Below, piece by piece: positions 52,475 to 64,000 of a DNA stretch of 64,000 bases. The notes under the pieces are model-generated. The model was not told the origin of the DNA and searched no databases. It saw only the letters and a list, made by a program, of their open reading frames with translations. This stretch comes from Dicyema japonicum. Its lineage: Eukaryota > Animalia > Dicyemida. Each line of letters starts with the position of its first letter. Within the stretch, counting starts at the first letter, position 1. The position numbers were made by a program, and so were the translations under genes. The DNA is taken from assembly GCA_011109175.1 (NCBI GenBank), contig RDEW01000021.1, positions 445,080-509,079 of the forward strand, in the 5' to 3' direction.

Positions 52475-53700
52475 TAGGGCAAGTTGTTTCTAGCAGTTAA
52501 AAAAATTTTTTAGCGCTAAAAAATCACAAATCTAGCAATTATAAATTATAAATTAGCACTTAAAATGATCAAATCTAGCATTTAAAATTGTAAAATTAAT
52601 ACCTTAAAATGATAAAAATAACATTTAAATTTTATTTATTGTAATATAATAAAAAGTAATGCTTGATATTGTCTGGATGGAAGTTCCTATCTTTTTATAA
52701 AATATTTTTCAGCATTTTAATAGCTCTTTCAACAGATGCAAAGGATGCCTGACAGCATGAAAGTAAAAAATAATCTTGTGGGCTAATTTTCGATTCAGTC
52801 CTTTTAATAATAGATTTAAATCCATTTTCCTCCATTCTTTTATTCATATAATTTTTAATATTTGCCTTGTCATCATAAAAATGTAGTCCTGCTATGTCCT
52901 AATATGCCCGATTGATTGAGTAGTCACAACACTCCGAAAGTTTAAGAAGATCTACTATTTGCGAATAATTTAATATGATTTCCGTTAATTGAAACTTAAT
53001 ATCCGGATTGTTGACATAATGTTTAGCATTTGATACTAAAACTCCATCTGACTGAAATGCGTTAACAATTTCAAAAATTATTCAAAATTCATGAAATAAT
53101 ATTTCACTGCTTGAAACCAACTTCCCCATCTGCATAAATTAAGCAAAAGAATATCTAGTAACTACCACATCAGATGGGTATCCAACATCCTGAACAAATT
53201 ACGACGTTTTCGGTTTTTTACTGTAGCAGCTTTAATGTAAATAAAAATTGTCACGAATAATCTTCATTTCTCTAATGACGTCATCTATTAATTGGCAGAT
53301 GATAGCAGCAGTGGCATGATTTTCCAGTGTTTTGCATTCAACCAAATAGGATTTTGTTGGAAAGCGAATGCTCCCAATTAGAATCACTACAAAACTTTTC
53401 CTTCGGATATCTGTTTCATCAATTATTATAAAAATCTTTTCGTTTCTAAAAGTTAAAAATAAATTTTAATACGTTAATAATTTTGTCAACTCATAATTCT
53501 TTTTTCTGCAAGAAACTTGACCGTAGTTCTGCATGAAAATTCGGACGGAATGTTAATTTTAAATGTTTTAAACATTTTTTTGATCGAATCGTTATTTAAT
53601 TTGTACAGCGGGATGTTTGCTTGTACAAAAGCTTCCGTGATCGTTTCATTAGCCGAATCTACTTGGATTGATTCAGTTAATGTTGTTTGAACTGAATTAC
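52475..53700 (-). mobile_element. CGGBP1/DUF659-like hAT remnant
   Basis: TAGGGC end at 52475 with CTAGCA subterminal repeats. Minus-strand peptides read GYPSDVVVTR, RWGSWFQAVKYY and RNFHPDNI. Confidence 0.7.
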
Positions 53701-53937
53701 ATGAATGACCTACAATTGTATTAACAAATTTATACGCTTATTGTTCTGATGTTTTAAAGAAGAACGATGAGAATCAACTGAAAATTTTTTTGAACAGTTG
53801 ATTTTGGATAAACAAAGAGAACAAAATAGAAGGCCATCGTCAGCAATACAGAACTCATCTTTGGAATTCCGAGACTATACGCTTAGCTTTCTTAAGCAAC
53901 GAACACTTGGGTTTTGGCATCACTAAAAATACTATAT

Positions 53938-54718
53938 TATTATTATAAATTATAAAGCACAACGTCTTGCCATTGAAATGACAAAACCAGTGCAGTACCA
54001 AACATTAATCTTTTAGTTAATTTTCTCCACTTTCCACGATCCTGAGCCAAATCCCTCAAGTAGTCCAGGTCATCTCCCGTAGTTAGAGATAATCCTATTC
54101 TCTTCAGGTCTTCATTCAGTGTCGTGGCCAGTGATGCTCTCGGACGTCCTCGGAACTTCACCTCCTCGGTTTGAAACGTTTCGTCGGTATCTGTTCTCCT
54201 CCCCACCTTGGCGTTCATATCACCAGCTATAAATAAAAGTGCGGAGTCGGCCAATTCTAAATATAAATCTGAGAGTCATCAAATAGAGCCGGATCTTTGT
54301 TAATCCAACCACTGTGAGGTGCGTATACATTGATAATGAGACAATGTCAGTGCTTGCTTTGGCATTCATAAACTTCATTTGTTGAACTCCGATGCGGTCA
54401 TTAACTGCCATACTCTGTAGATATGGGGGAGAAATTCCATTTGATGGCAAAACCCAGTCCATAGTGCCTGTTGACAGTCGGAGAAAGATCAATTTGAATT
54501 TACCACATGTTTCTTCGTGGTTATCTTGGATTTTGTTTCCTGTAGGCAACCAATTGCGACATCGTAATTATGTAGGTCTTGACAGAGGGAGGTCCTTTTC
54601 CAAGAAGGGGTTAGGCCTCGGACGTTGAATGAAAGCAGCGAGAATTTATCCAAAAGATAAGGTTCGTACTTTTCAGACATGTTAATACTTTATTAGAGCC
54701 ACGGTCACCAGTTCAACC
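53938..54718 (-). mobile_element. Internally deleted RTE retroelement with both ends and 13-bp TSD
   Basis: Direct repeat AAAAATACTATAT at 53925-53937 and 54719-54731. The APE N-terminus (SFNVRGL...CLQETK...GDMNAKVG) is joined to the RTE C-terminus (RGRPRASLATTLNEDL...AQDRGKWR). The tail is TAA-rich. Confidence 0.85.
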
Positions 54719-54977
54719 AAAAATACTATATAGCGTGCTTAAATTATTTTATTTAAATTATTTTATTATCATTTTATGGGTGATATTAAAATTATTTTTT
54801 AAATGCAATTTAAATTAAACATTTAAAAAAAAGTTAGCATTTAAAATTAAAAAAAAGCACTTATAGCATTTATAATGTATGTTCTTTTTTAACAAAATTA
54901 AAAAATAATTATTCCAAATTCAATTTTATATTAAACTTATTTAACAAACAATAAAAAAATAAAAAAAGTTAATATAT

Positions 54978-55940
54978 TTAATCAACAACCTTCCTCGCCT
55001 GCCTGTTCGCCAGCCTCCTCAGGCAGGTTCGATTCTGGTTGCTGAAACAACTCCGAGAGCGCTTGTCTAATTGAACCCTCTGCCCATATGGCATCTCAGG
55101 GCTCTGCCTCCTATACTCCAGTGTCAGGCTCTCTAGGGTCCGCTTTAACACAGTGGACTGTAGATAGGCCTGGAGCTTCCTATCTACCCCCAACTGCTTC
55201 AGATAACCCTTGTGGTACTTTGTTGCAATTCCTTCCCACGTCATTACTATAGGAATAACGAGGACCTTGCAACCAAGCATCTGCCCCATCTCGTTTGCAA
55301 GAAAGTCATACTTCCTTTTTTTCTCCACCTCCACAGTCTGCAAACGGTCTTGAGACGTGATGCCAACCTCTATGATAAGGACTTGGCCAGACTCCTTATC
55401 GTGTACCACAATGTCCGGTTTATTGTGCTTGACTAGCACCGAGGTACGGATAACACTGTCTACCTTAATTTGGACCCTGGTGTTCTCTACTACAGATTGC
55501 ACCTTATGAGTCCGCAACTTTCTGGTGTGGCGAATACCATACTTATTGCATAGTAGAAGATGAAGACTCCTTACTACCTCGTTATGCCTCCACACATAGT
55601 CGTGGCAGAGCATGGATCCACATCGAGTGGCTAAATGATCAACCGACATGCTCCTTGACTTACAGTGGGGACATGTATTTGTTGATCGACCCCAAAAAAT
55701 ATTGCGGTCTTGCATATACGTGTACAACGCCTCCGATCGAGGTGAGTTGTCACCGTATTTTAGCCATATTGTCGACGACTTAAGGTCGACATGTGGGTTG
55801 TCCAATGCTCTGAAGAGGACCTTATGAAGGCTTTTTAAGTTGATCTTTTCCATCAAATTATTATATTGTAATTCGATCAACGCCTTCACATTTACTAGCC
55901 CACCATCATCAACACCATACTTAGCAGACAAAAAAGGTCT
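54978..55940 (-). mobile_element. R4/Dong-like non-LTR retroelement, 3' part (zinc knuckle plus REL endonuclease; 317-aa open frame)
   Basis: QDRN, the CCHC knuckle CPHC...VDHLATRC, RHNEV and KPDIVV...IIEVG...EKKRKYD form a PD-(D/E)xK restriction-like endonuclease region. Confidence 0.92.
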
Positions 55941-56039
55941 GATAGTGCCAACGGAAAATGTTTTATTTTTACATATTTTTGAATTTATTTAAAAAATAAA
56001 AACGAAAACTAAGAAATGAAGATTGAAAATTTTATTTAC

Positions 56040-56450
56040 AAGAGTTACACGTTGGCCGTACACGGACCTGTTCATCTTCAAGGGAGTTATTTTCAACTAG
56101 CCTACCGTATGGGTGCGAGGGATGCTTTCTTTCTTCGAAGTGGGAGAAGATCTCATCTCTCTAGAAAAAAAGAGAGCTTCGATTAAGCTCTCTTTAAACC
56201 AAAAAACTGAAGAGACTGTCTAAGCGAGGACGAAGATTAAACTGCTGTACCAATTAGCAGGATTGTGGAAGATCGGATCAACGGTTTCAGGAGGAGATCA
56301 AAGATCTTGGACAATTACATAAACTGGGGGACTTTACGTATAATTCAGTCGAGACAAAATAGAATGGACACAACCCATGTCACCAGTATTGACAAAAATC
56401 ATACACCGAGTGATTCCGCACCTAATGGACCACTAAGCAAAAAAGTGAGT
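56040..56450 (+). mobile_element. Decayed RTE RT C-terminal fragment
   Basis: LPYGCEG...EKISSLE resembles the RTE 'LLYGCE.W' motif. Many stops are present. Confidence 0.45.
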
Positions 56451-57180
56451 CACATCAACATGAAACAAATGCTTCCCGTCCATGCAAATTGAAAAATGTT
56501 CAAACTCCTCAAGGAAAACCGATTGTAATCAGCATAACTAATGTTGAAAACCTCATCATAACGCCATAAAGTCAAAAAAAATCGCCTCAGGACAATTACT
56601 GGATTTCTCAGATTTAACCCATATTGATCATCTTCACTGTGAATCAAAATCCTTCCAATTGGAGACCATTTGGGGAAATGAGAGCTCTACAGTTCCTCTT
56701 CCCGAGCCTACATCCCAGAGCATCCCTTCACTCTTTATGCAAACCCCAAAATAAAAGAAAAATTATTATGACAACCAGTGACCTTCTCGAATGCTATCAA
56801 CCATCCCTTCCAGCCCCAATGACCGGATTCGCTTGAACCAGATTACACGATTTGTATCTACTAGAAGCATCGAAGACTTGACGATAATAAAATACTACAC
56901 CGGCCCCCTCCTCCAGAATCCTCTCTTCCGATGGACATCAAGTAAAGCTACTGGACATACGATGTCCTTTTGCAATTTCTACGTGTTGACAACAAATCAC
57001 CTATTTGAATGTCAGGAATTAGCAAAACGTTCGTCTACAATGCCAGGACTGAACCGATCTATGAGAGCGACCGGCATCTGTTGCGTCCTATTTAATAGCT
57101 TGCTGGCCTCCAAAAAGTTAGTGAGGACTGGGTTACTCAACTAACTGAAGACATTTGAGGAACTAAATGGAAGTTACCTA

Positions 57181-57400
57181 TCATAATTGCGAGCCAATGT
57201 TCTGGAAAATCGATCCAGGTTCACCCTTCCACTTCCTCGCAAGCCGTCCGATTAACTTGATAAACTCAAATGTGCTCGGGCCAATAACGCCAGACGTCTC
57301 AACGGAGATCGGCTGGAAAACGAACCGGTCCAAGATGCCGTGGTACTTCCTTCTTACCCGCCACGTGGGCAAAGGAAAATAGCAAATTCTCCCTCAGGAC
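57181..57400 (-). mobile_element. CRE-like REL C-terminal fragment
   Basis: RKYHG...FQPISVETSGVIGPSTFEFIKLIGR is homologous in pattern to 32548-32742. Confidence 0.65.
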
Positions 57401-57490
57401 GTAAGAATATACAGTAAGGTTGAAAATCAATTCATTAGAATAAAAATACGTATTACGTGTATAAAGCATATCGCACCGTTAAACGTGTGA

Positions 57491-57842
57491 AATGGATGAT
57501 AGACCGGTCTTCAGTTTAAAAAGGGGGAAGGTAATCTTGGTTGATAGTCGAAGGTTAAAAGAGTTATGAAAAAGAAATCTTTTATCTGCGTGTTTTGCAA
57601 ATTCAAGTTTTCCCATAAATGCAGTGTCTACCCCCACATGAGAATTCACATAGGTATGACTCGATTTCTTGGTGGATCACTCCATTTGGGCTTTTACTGC
57701 TAAGGAATAATGAAATAATTAATCAACTTTAGGAAAACCTTACTTTTGTGGAGAATGTGGTATCGGACCTTGCGGGAAGGTTCGTTGAAGAATCACATAA
57801 AGTTTCACCATCCTAGAATTAACTGCTTCAACGTAGAACAGT
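57491..57842 (+). pseudogene. Two-finger C2H2 zinc-finger gene or pseudogene
   Basis: FICVFCKFKF...HMRIHIG|KPYFCGECG...SLKNHIKFH has a TGEKPY-like linker split by an intron. The second finger appears to need a frameshift. Confidence 0.6.
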
Positions 57843-57926
57843 AATAAAGGAATTAGGCTGCGGAATATTCGTGAAACTGAAAAAAATGAAATTGTTTGGT
57901 TTTGTAGATAACCTTAGGTCTTGGCT

Positions 57927-58098
57927 CCCGTTATAAACGAACAGGTCATAACAACCTACGAATAACGAACATCTCAATATTCTTGAAGAAAAATCAAATC
58001 CAACTCAATATTCTTGAAGAAAAAATCAAATCCCAATATTACAACCCCGTTATAAACGAATATCTCAATATTCTTGAAGAAAAATCAAATCCCAATAT
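57927..58098 (+). repeat. Short imperfect tandem repeat
   Basis: AATATTCTTGAAGAAAAATCAAATCC occurs three times and CCCGTTATAAACGAA twice. Confidence 0.85.
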
Positions 58099-60002
58099 TA
58101 AAGCTTCTGAAGGTGACCAAACGGTCCAGTTGAATCTGGATGAGCACTCCCCTTCGAGAAATCATTGTTTGGAGCACTCAAAGCAGACATTGATCCCCCA
58201 AAACATCGGACCCCAACCTAATTTTTGCATTACTGATCGTATATAGATCAGCAAGAGTTATTTTGCCGAAAAATCAATATTTTGGTGGAGAGGAGATTCT
58301 GAAGTTGAAGGAAAATGAGAGAGCCATAACTGGGCTTTTATCTTTTAAGATTGAGACGGTCTTGGATTCCAGATTGAAGAAATCTCTCAGTTTTATATTG
58401 TGGGAGTTGAATGACCTTTTTAGTTAATAATAGATTTATGGATTTAATAGTTGTTCACTAATTCTTCACTAATTCTAATTTATTCTAATTTCAATATTAA
58501 TTTTAAAAGTATGACTAAATTATCACTTTTAATGTGATAATGAACGGATGGCTATTTTATTAATTAGTGTTTGCCTGGTGATTTTTGGCTTATTATAATA
58601 TGAGGTCGGAATCATTTGCCTCTTCAGAAAACGAATGGATTTATTGTCCCAGATGTTCGAATAAGGACCTATGTTCTCTTGAATTTCTTGATCTGGAATA
58701 GGGAAAAATCAAATAAGGGAGTCCTTAAACGGCAAAAAGATGTTTCTGGGCAAGTTCGTCGACAGATTGATTATTTTAGACAAGCATGTTGGACTTTTTA
58801 TGATTAAAAACTGTCTCCTGCTTCAAGATGCTTATTACCTTCGAAGTTCCCCTTGTTACGATGAATAGGTCCTATCTCTCCTTGATAATGAAATTATACA
58901 ACCCTCGAAACGATTTTAGACATATATTTAATGACTATGGTTGCCTCAGGCAACTTTGCCTGTTTGTTTGGAGGATTGGGAATCACCGTACCTTCGGATG
59001 CCGCATCAAAGTGAATATTTGTCCTCCTATAGCTCCTCGAAGAATTTGATGGATGTGGTTCCTCAACTCTTATTCTGGACTGAATGTATCTATGACATCA
59101 TCGGCAGCTGTAGACTTGGGGAAGGATCGTCCAGTCTCAGCTGATCCTTAGTGACCCTTTGGATCATTGAGCCGATCCGACGGACTAGATTGTCCCTTTC
59201 TGGCCCAAAGATTCCTGATGTCTCAAAATCGAATGGGACAAACAAGTGATCTTTCAAAATGATTCGGTACTTCTTTTTTGATCCTCAGCTCGCTCTTGAA
59301 ACATACCTGGATCAGAGACAGAAGCGACAAATTTTTCGGGGATCATGTATCAACACATGTATCGTCCAAAGCAGGTTCCAACCATTAGAAAAAGGGAATC
59401 TTTTCGTCCCGTCTTCCTTTTGATGATGTCATTGGATCCACCTTACAAAGGAGACGCCCAATTCCTGGAGGGCATTCAAAAATATCCAACTATTCATTTC
59501 ACTGGGAGAAATTTCGTTCCCTGTGACTTCTGTCATCGACCTCAGCTCTCTGGAACACGTCCTCTGGATCACTGTTCTTGTGTGAAGGTTCTTCTGGATC
59601 AGGATCACGGAATTAGTTAATTTGGTTTTACCCTTTTTTTTGGAACAATTTTATTTATTACAAACATATTGGATCTGGTGGTCTAAGTCTTCATTCGGAT
59701 CAACGGTAATTTCCGTTACATCTGAGAGTTATTCGCCCATTACGGCCCAAAAGGATCACCGTGCAAAGCTAAGATCATTGATGTAACGTGTTGGGGTCAG
59801 TTAGCTAGTCTTGGCTAAACAAATTAAGGCTTCATAGCTGTAACACTACCTGGTTTCGAATCATCACCCTACCGGGTACTTAATTGTTTAATTGTTTCTG
59901 TTTCATATTACTTAATTGTTTCTGTAATAAACCCCCAAATGGGAAAATTTAATAACGAAATTAAATTCAGCTTTATTTAACCAACCAAAAAGTTAATATT
60001 TA

Positions 60003-60312
60003 ACAATCAACAACTTTCCTCGCAGCCTGCAAGGCAGGTTCGATTCTGGTTGCTGAAACAGCTGCGAGAGCGCCTTGTCAAATTAATCACTTTGCCCGTA
60101 TCATCTCCGGGCTCTGCCTCCTAACTCCAGTGTCTCTCTAGGGTCCGCTTTAATACAGTGGACTGTAGATAGCCCTGGAGCTTCCTATCTACCCCTAACT
60201 GTCTTGAATAACCCTGGTAGTACTTTGTTGCAATTCCTTCCCCGTCATTACTATAGGAATAGCGAGGACCTTGCAACCAAGCATCTGCCCCATCTCGTTT
60301 GCAAGCAAGTCA
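60003..60312 (-). mobile_element. 5'-truncated copy of the R4-like element at 54978
   Basis: High nucleotide identity to about 54980-55310, with small indels. Confidence 0.9.
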
Positions 60313-60464
60313 TTAAAATGCATTTTAATGTAGTCAAACAAGAAACTCCTGAAAATTTTCTTAAATTATACAGAATTAAAGCAGATACTGTGCATCACTA
60401 CGAAAAAAAGAAAAAAACATGAAATGACAGATTTATTTATCAAAAAAGTAAAAATCTAACGATA

Positions 60465-61320
60465 ATAATATTAACACGAGAGACCACGGTTACATAAACT
60501 AACTAATCACGTGATCCCAGTACGTTCTAGCAGAGACCTCATCTTGGTCTGATGCTCCTCCCTCGACCCCACACAATCACGTATCGGCTAAATGACTGGA
60601 TCTTCGTAGTCACGAAGGCACGTTAAATGGTTCATGCGTATCATGGATTCTAGAGGTAGGCCGAGAACAACACGTGCATGTCAAAAGTCATCCCAAGATC
60701 TTCTAAGAGATAACTTCACTATTTGCCTTCAGATCTGTCTTCTTAGTCTCTTGTCTGATGTAAATAGGGTTGTGACGGGCTTCTCACTGCTAGTAGCTAG
60801 GCGATAGCCATTCGTCAAGACCTGGCCAATGAAGACGCGTCCCCTCCGACCACTAAGGAAGTTAGCTAACCAGAGTTTAAGCTTTCCAGAGATCTTTGGT
60901 AAATATGCCAAGTAAGAATCTTCCTTGACATCTTGTCAAAGACTTTTTGGACGTCAATAAAGCAAAGTACAATCTTCATGTGTCCCGGAGTGTGGGGAAA
61001 ACCATATCGTTTAATTTCGATACCATATGTGTTCAGTCTGCCACTATACAGACCTAAGCCCATCCCGTGGTCTGATGTGGTCTTCTCACTTAAAAATGTT
61101 AACAATAATATTGGAGGCCGTGGTGGTGTTTCCCCAATTCATTCGAAACATATTGGCAATATACGCTATTACCCCCATTAGCACTGTGTCCATAAACAAT
61201 GCCGAATTCGAATAGGTGAAAGATGTCTATCCGAACCCCGGTATAGTAGAAGGTTCGCCAGCTTCCTGACCTCCCATTCCGCAGGTTACAACATGACTTC
61301 AAGACGGATTGGTCCACTAC
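60465..61320 (-). mobile_element. APE-type LINE fragment, 'GIT*' family
   Basis: Motifs read VLCFIDVQKVFDKM and LKLWLANFLSGR. The 3' end reads EEHQTKMRSLLERTGIT* with the stop at 60507-60509. Confidence 0.8.
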
Positions 61321-62502
61321 AACGAATTTTACTTTTTAAAATCAGTCTATTGCCGGAAAATTTTACTCACCCGGTCTTCAAACTTTGTTACTTAAGTTGA
61401 ACATTCAGAAAGCCTCCGTGTCCAGAAATATACCAAGAAGTTATTCGACACGGAAATTAACCTTAAATGATGTTATGGATTGCCAATTTATTTAATGGAC
61501 GCAGATGACAAGTGCACACCGGCCTTATGAGATCAGGCTCTTATTTTCTCTTCCAACGTATCCCTTATAGATCTCTGCTCTCTTCATTTTTTAATTTATT
61601 TCTACATGACATGTCGTATTTTTAGGGAAACAATTACTTGCTGTCGACGTACCCTGATGACTTGATCATTGGGTGCCATAGTAGTTCCACACATGAGGCT
61701 CAGACAAAACTGCGAAATTTTGCGAATCTTGACACTAAGTTATCGTACAACCGACTGTTGCTCTCTTTCGAGAAATCTTTCTTAAAGCTTTCTCAGTAGT
61801 CACCGACGACAGGGAATTTTAAATAACCAAAGAAAAAATCACGGTACCGCTAAAACAGAGTCAAATGAAAATCCACGTTTTTCCTCACTATTGTTCGATC
61901 TATCATTTAGCGACGTTCCCTCTGCAGACACCCAAACGCTATTCTCAAGAAACACAGAAGATCTGAGGAGTCGAAAAAATTTGAACGATAACTCTTATCC
62001 TCTGTTGTTTTTCCGTGGTTATTGAAAACAACTAAACATAATGAAGATTATTTATTACCTCAATTTATGGACATTGGTGGATTCCCACAATTAACTCTAT
62101 TAGTAGGATATTGGAGTCATTAAATTTAGTAGTTAACAACTAATTAAGCGTATCCAATTTCCATGGCTGACGAGTCCTGTCTAGCTCACATCCAGAATCA
62201 ACAGTTCTCACAGTCGTGGGAACCCTTCCGAGAAATAACGCGTTGGCTCAACGAGATCTCTGAGGATCCAAGAGTCCACACTTGAATTATCATATAGGAT
62301 TATCAACAAAGAGGAAATGAAAATGAGTACTTAATTAGTTTAATCGTCAACCAATTAATGCAGGTCAGCTGGACTAACTGCAAATGATTTTCTACAGTAA
62401 ATTCTCAAATTGACCGGAAACCAAGATTTTCTTGTTTGCTGAATTTTAAAAATAATTTCTAGATTTGACAAATTTTAATTTCTAAGGAAAACACAAATAT
62501 GA

Positions 62503-63010
62503 GAACACTTTTACATCACTGTGAGAATTCATCACATATATCCTAGAAATTAACAAAACGACAAAAACCATAATTTTATGAGAAAAAAATAATGAATTAA
62601 ATTTAATCGTTCAGGTAATATTTTGATTTTCTAAAGAATTTTCCCACGTGGTATTAAATAGCCGTAAACGATATTTTTATATTCATTTTTTGAATATTTC
62701 ATTAGAAAGTCTCGAACAAGAAATATCGCATATTTTTGCACGTCCTTTAGGCTTGTTAAGAATTTTTTCCATATTTTTTGAATTCCGCTATGATCCGATA
62801 GACTTTTTTAGTGAACATCAAGATTTTTAGAAATGTGTTTGAAAATCCTTGTTGTACATGCTTATGATATCTTGTATATTTTCTTTTGTGAGATTCTACG
62901 TCATTTGCAACTCAAAGTTAGCGATATCTGTGAGGTGGTCACGTGGCAAGTAAATTTGATCAATTCTGTCCAAGATTTTAAAATTTTTCGATCGATGTGA
63001 CGCTAATTTC
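62503..63010 (+). repeat. Second copy of the 15565-16940 interspersed repeat, lacking the foldback MITE
   Basis: Collinear similarity to 15565-15660 and 16060-16930. Confidence 0.75.
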
Positions 63011-63129
63011 TCAAATTTTCACTTTATAGACTAATTTTAAAGTTTTCCAATTTGAAAAAATGAATTTTCTGTTTTACACATTATTTTGTGCTTCCATTGG
63101 TATTTCCGAACAATTTAGATAACACGCAT

Positions 63130-63897
63130 CTATCCAAAAGATTCGAGATCCCCACTGTTCTTGATGGAAATTTCGTTTTCATTAATATTCACATATAGCA
63201 AAAAAGGTTCCACCACAATGAAGACCAAATGAGAGAGTACATCAAAAGACTGTTCGAATTGTCCCAAAAATATGTATGTGAGCATAATTCAGTATTCTGA
63301 GGCGATCAAAATAGAATTAAAGCTTAAAAAAGTTTACTTTACCAACGAAACTACATCAAGTAATCCCTACGGAGCTTCCTTATACGCGAAGGATAAAAAC
63401 CTTCTTCGTGATGAAGACGCCATTTTATTTAAGTATTTATTCAAACTTATTCTCAGAAATGTCATTGTCAAAGGTCAGAATGAATATGAATTGGGAGTTG
63501 CACTGGTGGGATGGATTTGTGACATAGGATCTGTGACAATCGTTTTGAAACCATCCACTCAAGAGAAAACTGCAGAGATTATGTCTCATGAGTTATTCCA
63601 CGTGCTTGGATTTCATCACGTGCAAACGACCGAAAGCAATTGCAATAAAAATTGGTTAATGATTCCCTATATTCATGCCAATGAGTATAAATTTTCCTAA
63701 TTTTCGGACACGTGTCGAAGTTAACAATCGACCGAGCGAAAACACTAGAAGCTAACTGCGGATGCCTTTACGATTTGCCGAGTATTGACTGCAAACTTGC
63801 AATCATTGCAGTCTTTTACAACTTGACGAATAACAGTTCTTTTGATAGCGCAAAATCTCTACGACAAAGCGCATCCAGAGCGTTATGTCTACAGTGA
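63130..63897 (+). pseudogene. Reprolysin/ADAM-type (M12B) zinc metalloprotease domain with apparent frameshifts
   Basis: Zinc motif HELFHVLGFHH (HExxHxxGxxH), Met-turn WLMIP, GVALVGWICD and CGCLYDLP. Introns of 24 nt and 19 nt (63274-63292). Frame breaks occur near 63150 and 63700. Confidence 0.75.
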
Positions 63898-64000
63898 TTT
63901 GTCTGGTGAATCTCCTGAGCAATAGTCCTCATTTCTTCTTTACTAGTTAAGGGTATCACAAGTTTGTGAAGTCTGTTAACAGCTTTAAAAAAAAGCTTTT

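Noticed and set aside
57927-58098. CRISPR-like repeat array
   Set aside because: Only three imperfect units are present, without unique regular spacers or cas genes, in a eukaryotic context. It is a simple tandem repeat.

Overview
This is AT-rich eukaryotic (animal-like) genomic DNA from a short-read draft scaffold. It has one 240-N gap and several single-N joins with duplicated flanks. Five well-supported host genes are present: RPL21, a myosin regulatory light chain, DNAI4/WDR78 (axonemal dynein intermediate chain), PRPF3 and mitochondrial EARS2. There are also weaker or disabled loci (a coiled-coil gene, a TRPV-like remnant, a C2H2 zinc finger, a reprolysin metalloprotease) and a few hypothetical multi-exon genes. 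The introns I resolved in the best-supported genes are GT-AG and only 19-27 nt long. Tiny introns plus an axonemal dynein gene and mitochondrial translation point, by inference, to a ciliated reduced animal such as a dicyemid mesozoan. Most intergenic DNA is decayed transposon sequence: Buster-type and CGGBP1/DUF659-type hATs, FLYWCH-MULE, pogo/Tigger, Tc1/IS630-like, APE-type LINEs, RTE, R4-like and CRE-like REL retroelements, a tRNA-derived SINE and a foldback MITE. I found no CRISPR array, rRNA or intact tRNA, and no single clear novel multi-gene system. The best leads are the micro-intron architecture, a stop-codon-spanning motif shared by about 10 divergent LINE 3' ends, a TSD-flanked internally deleted RTE, a hAT insertion into a stop codon, an unassigned SINE family and a decaying TRPV-like gene.
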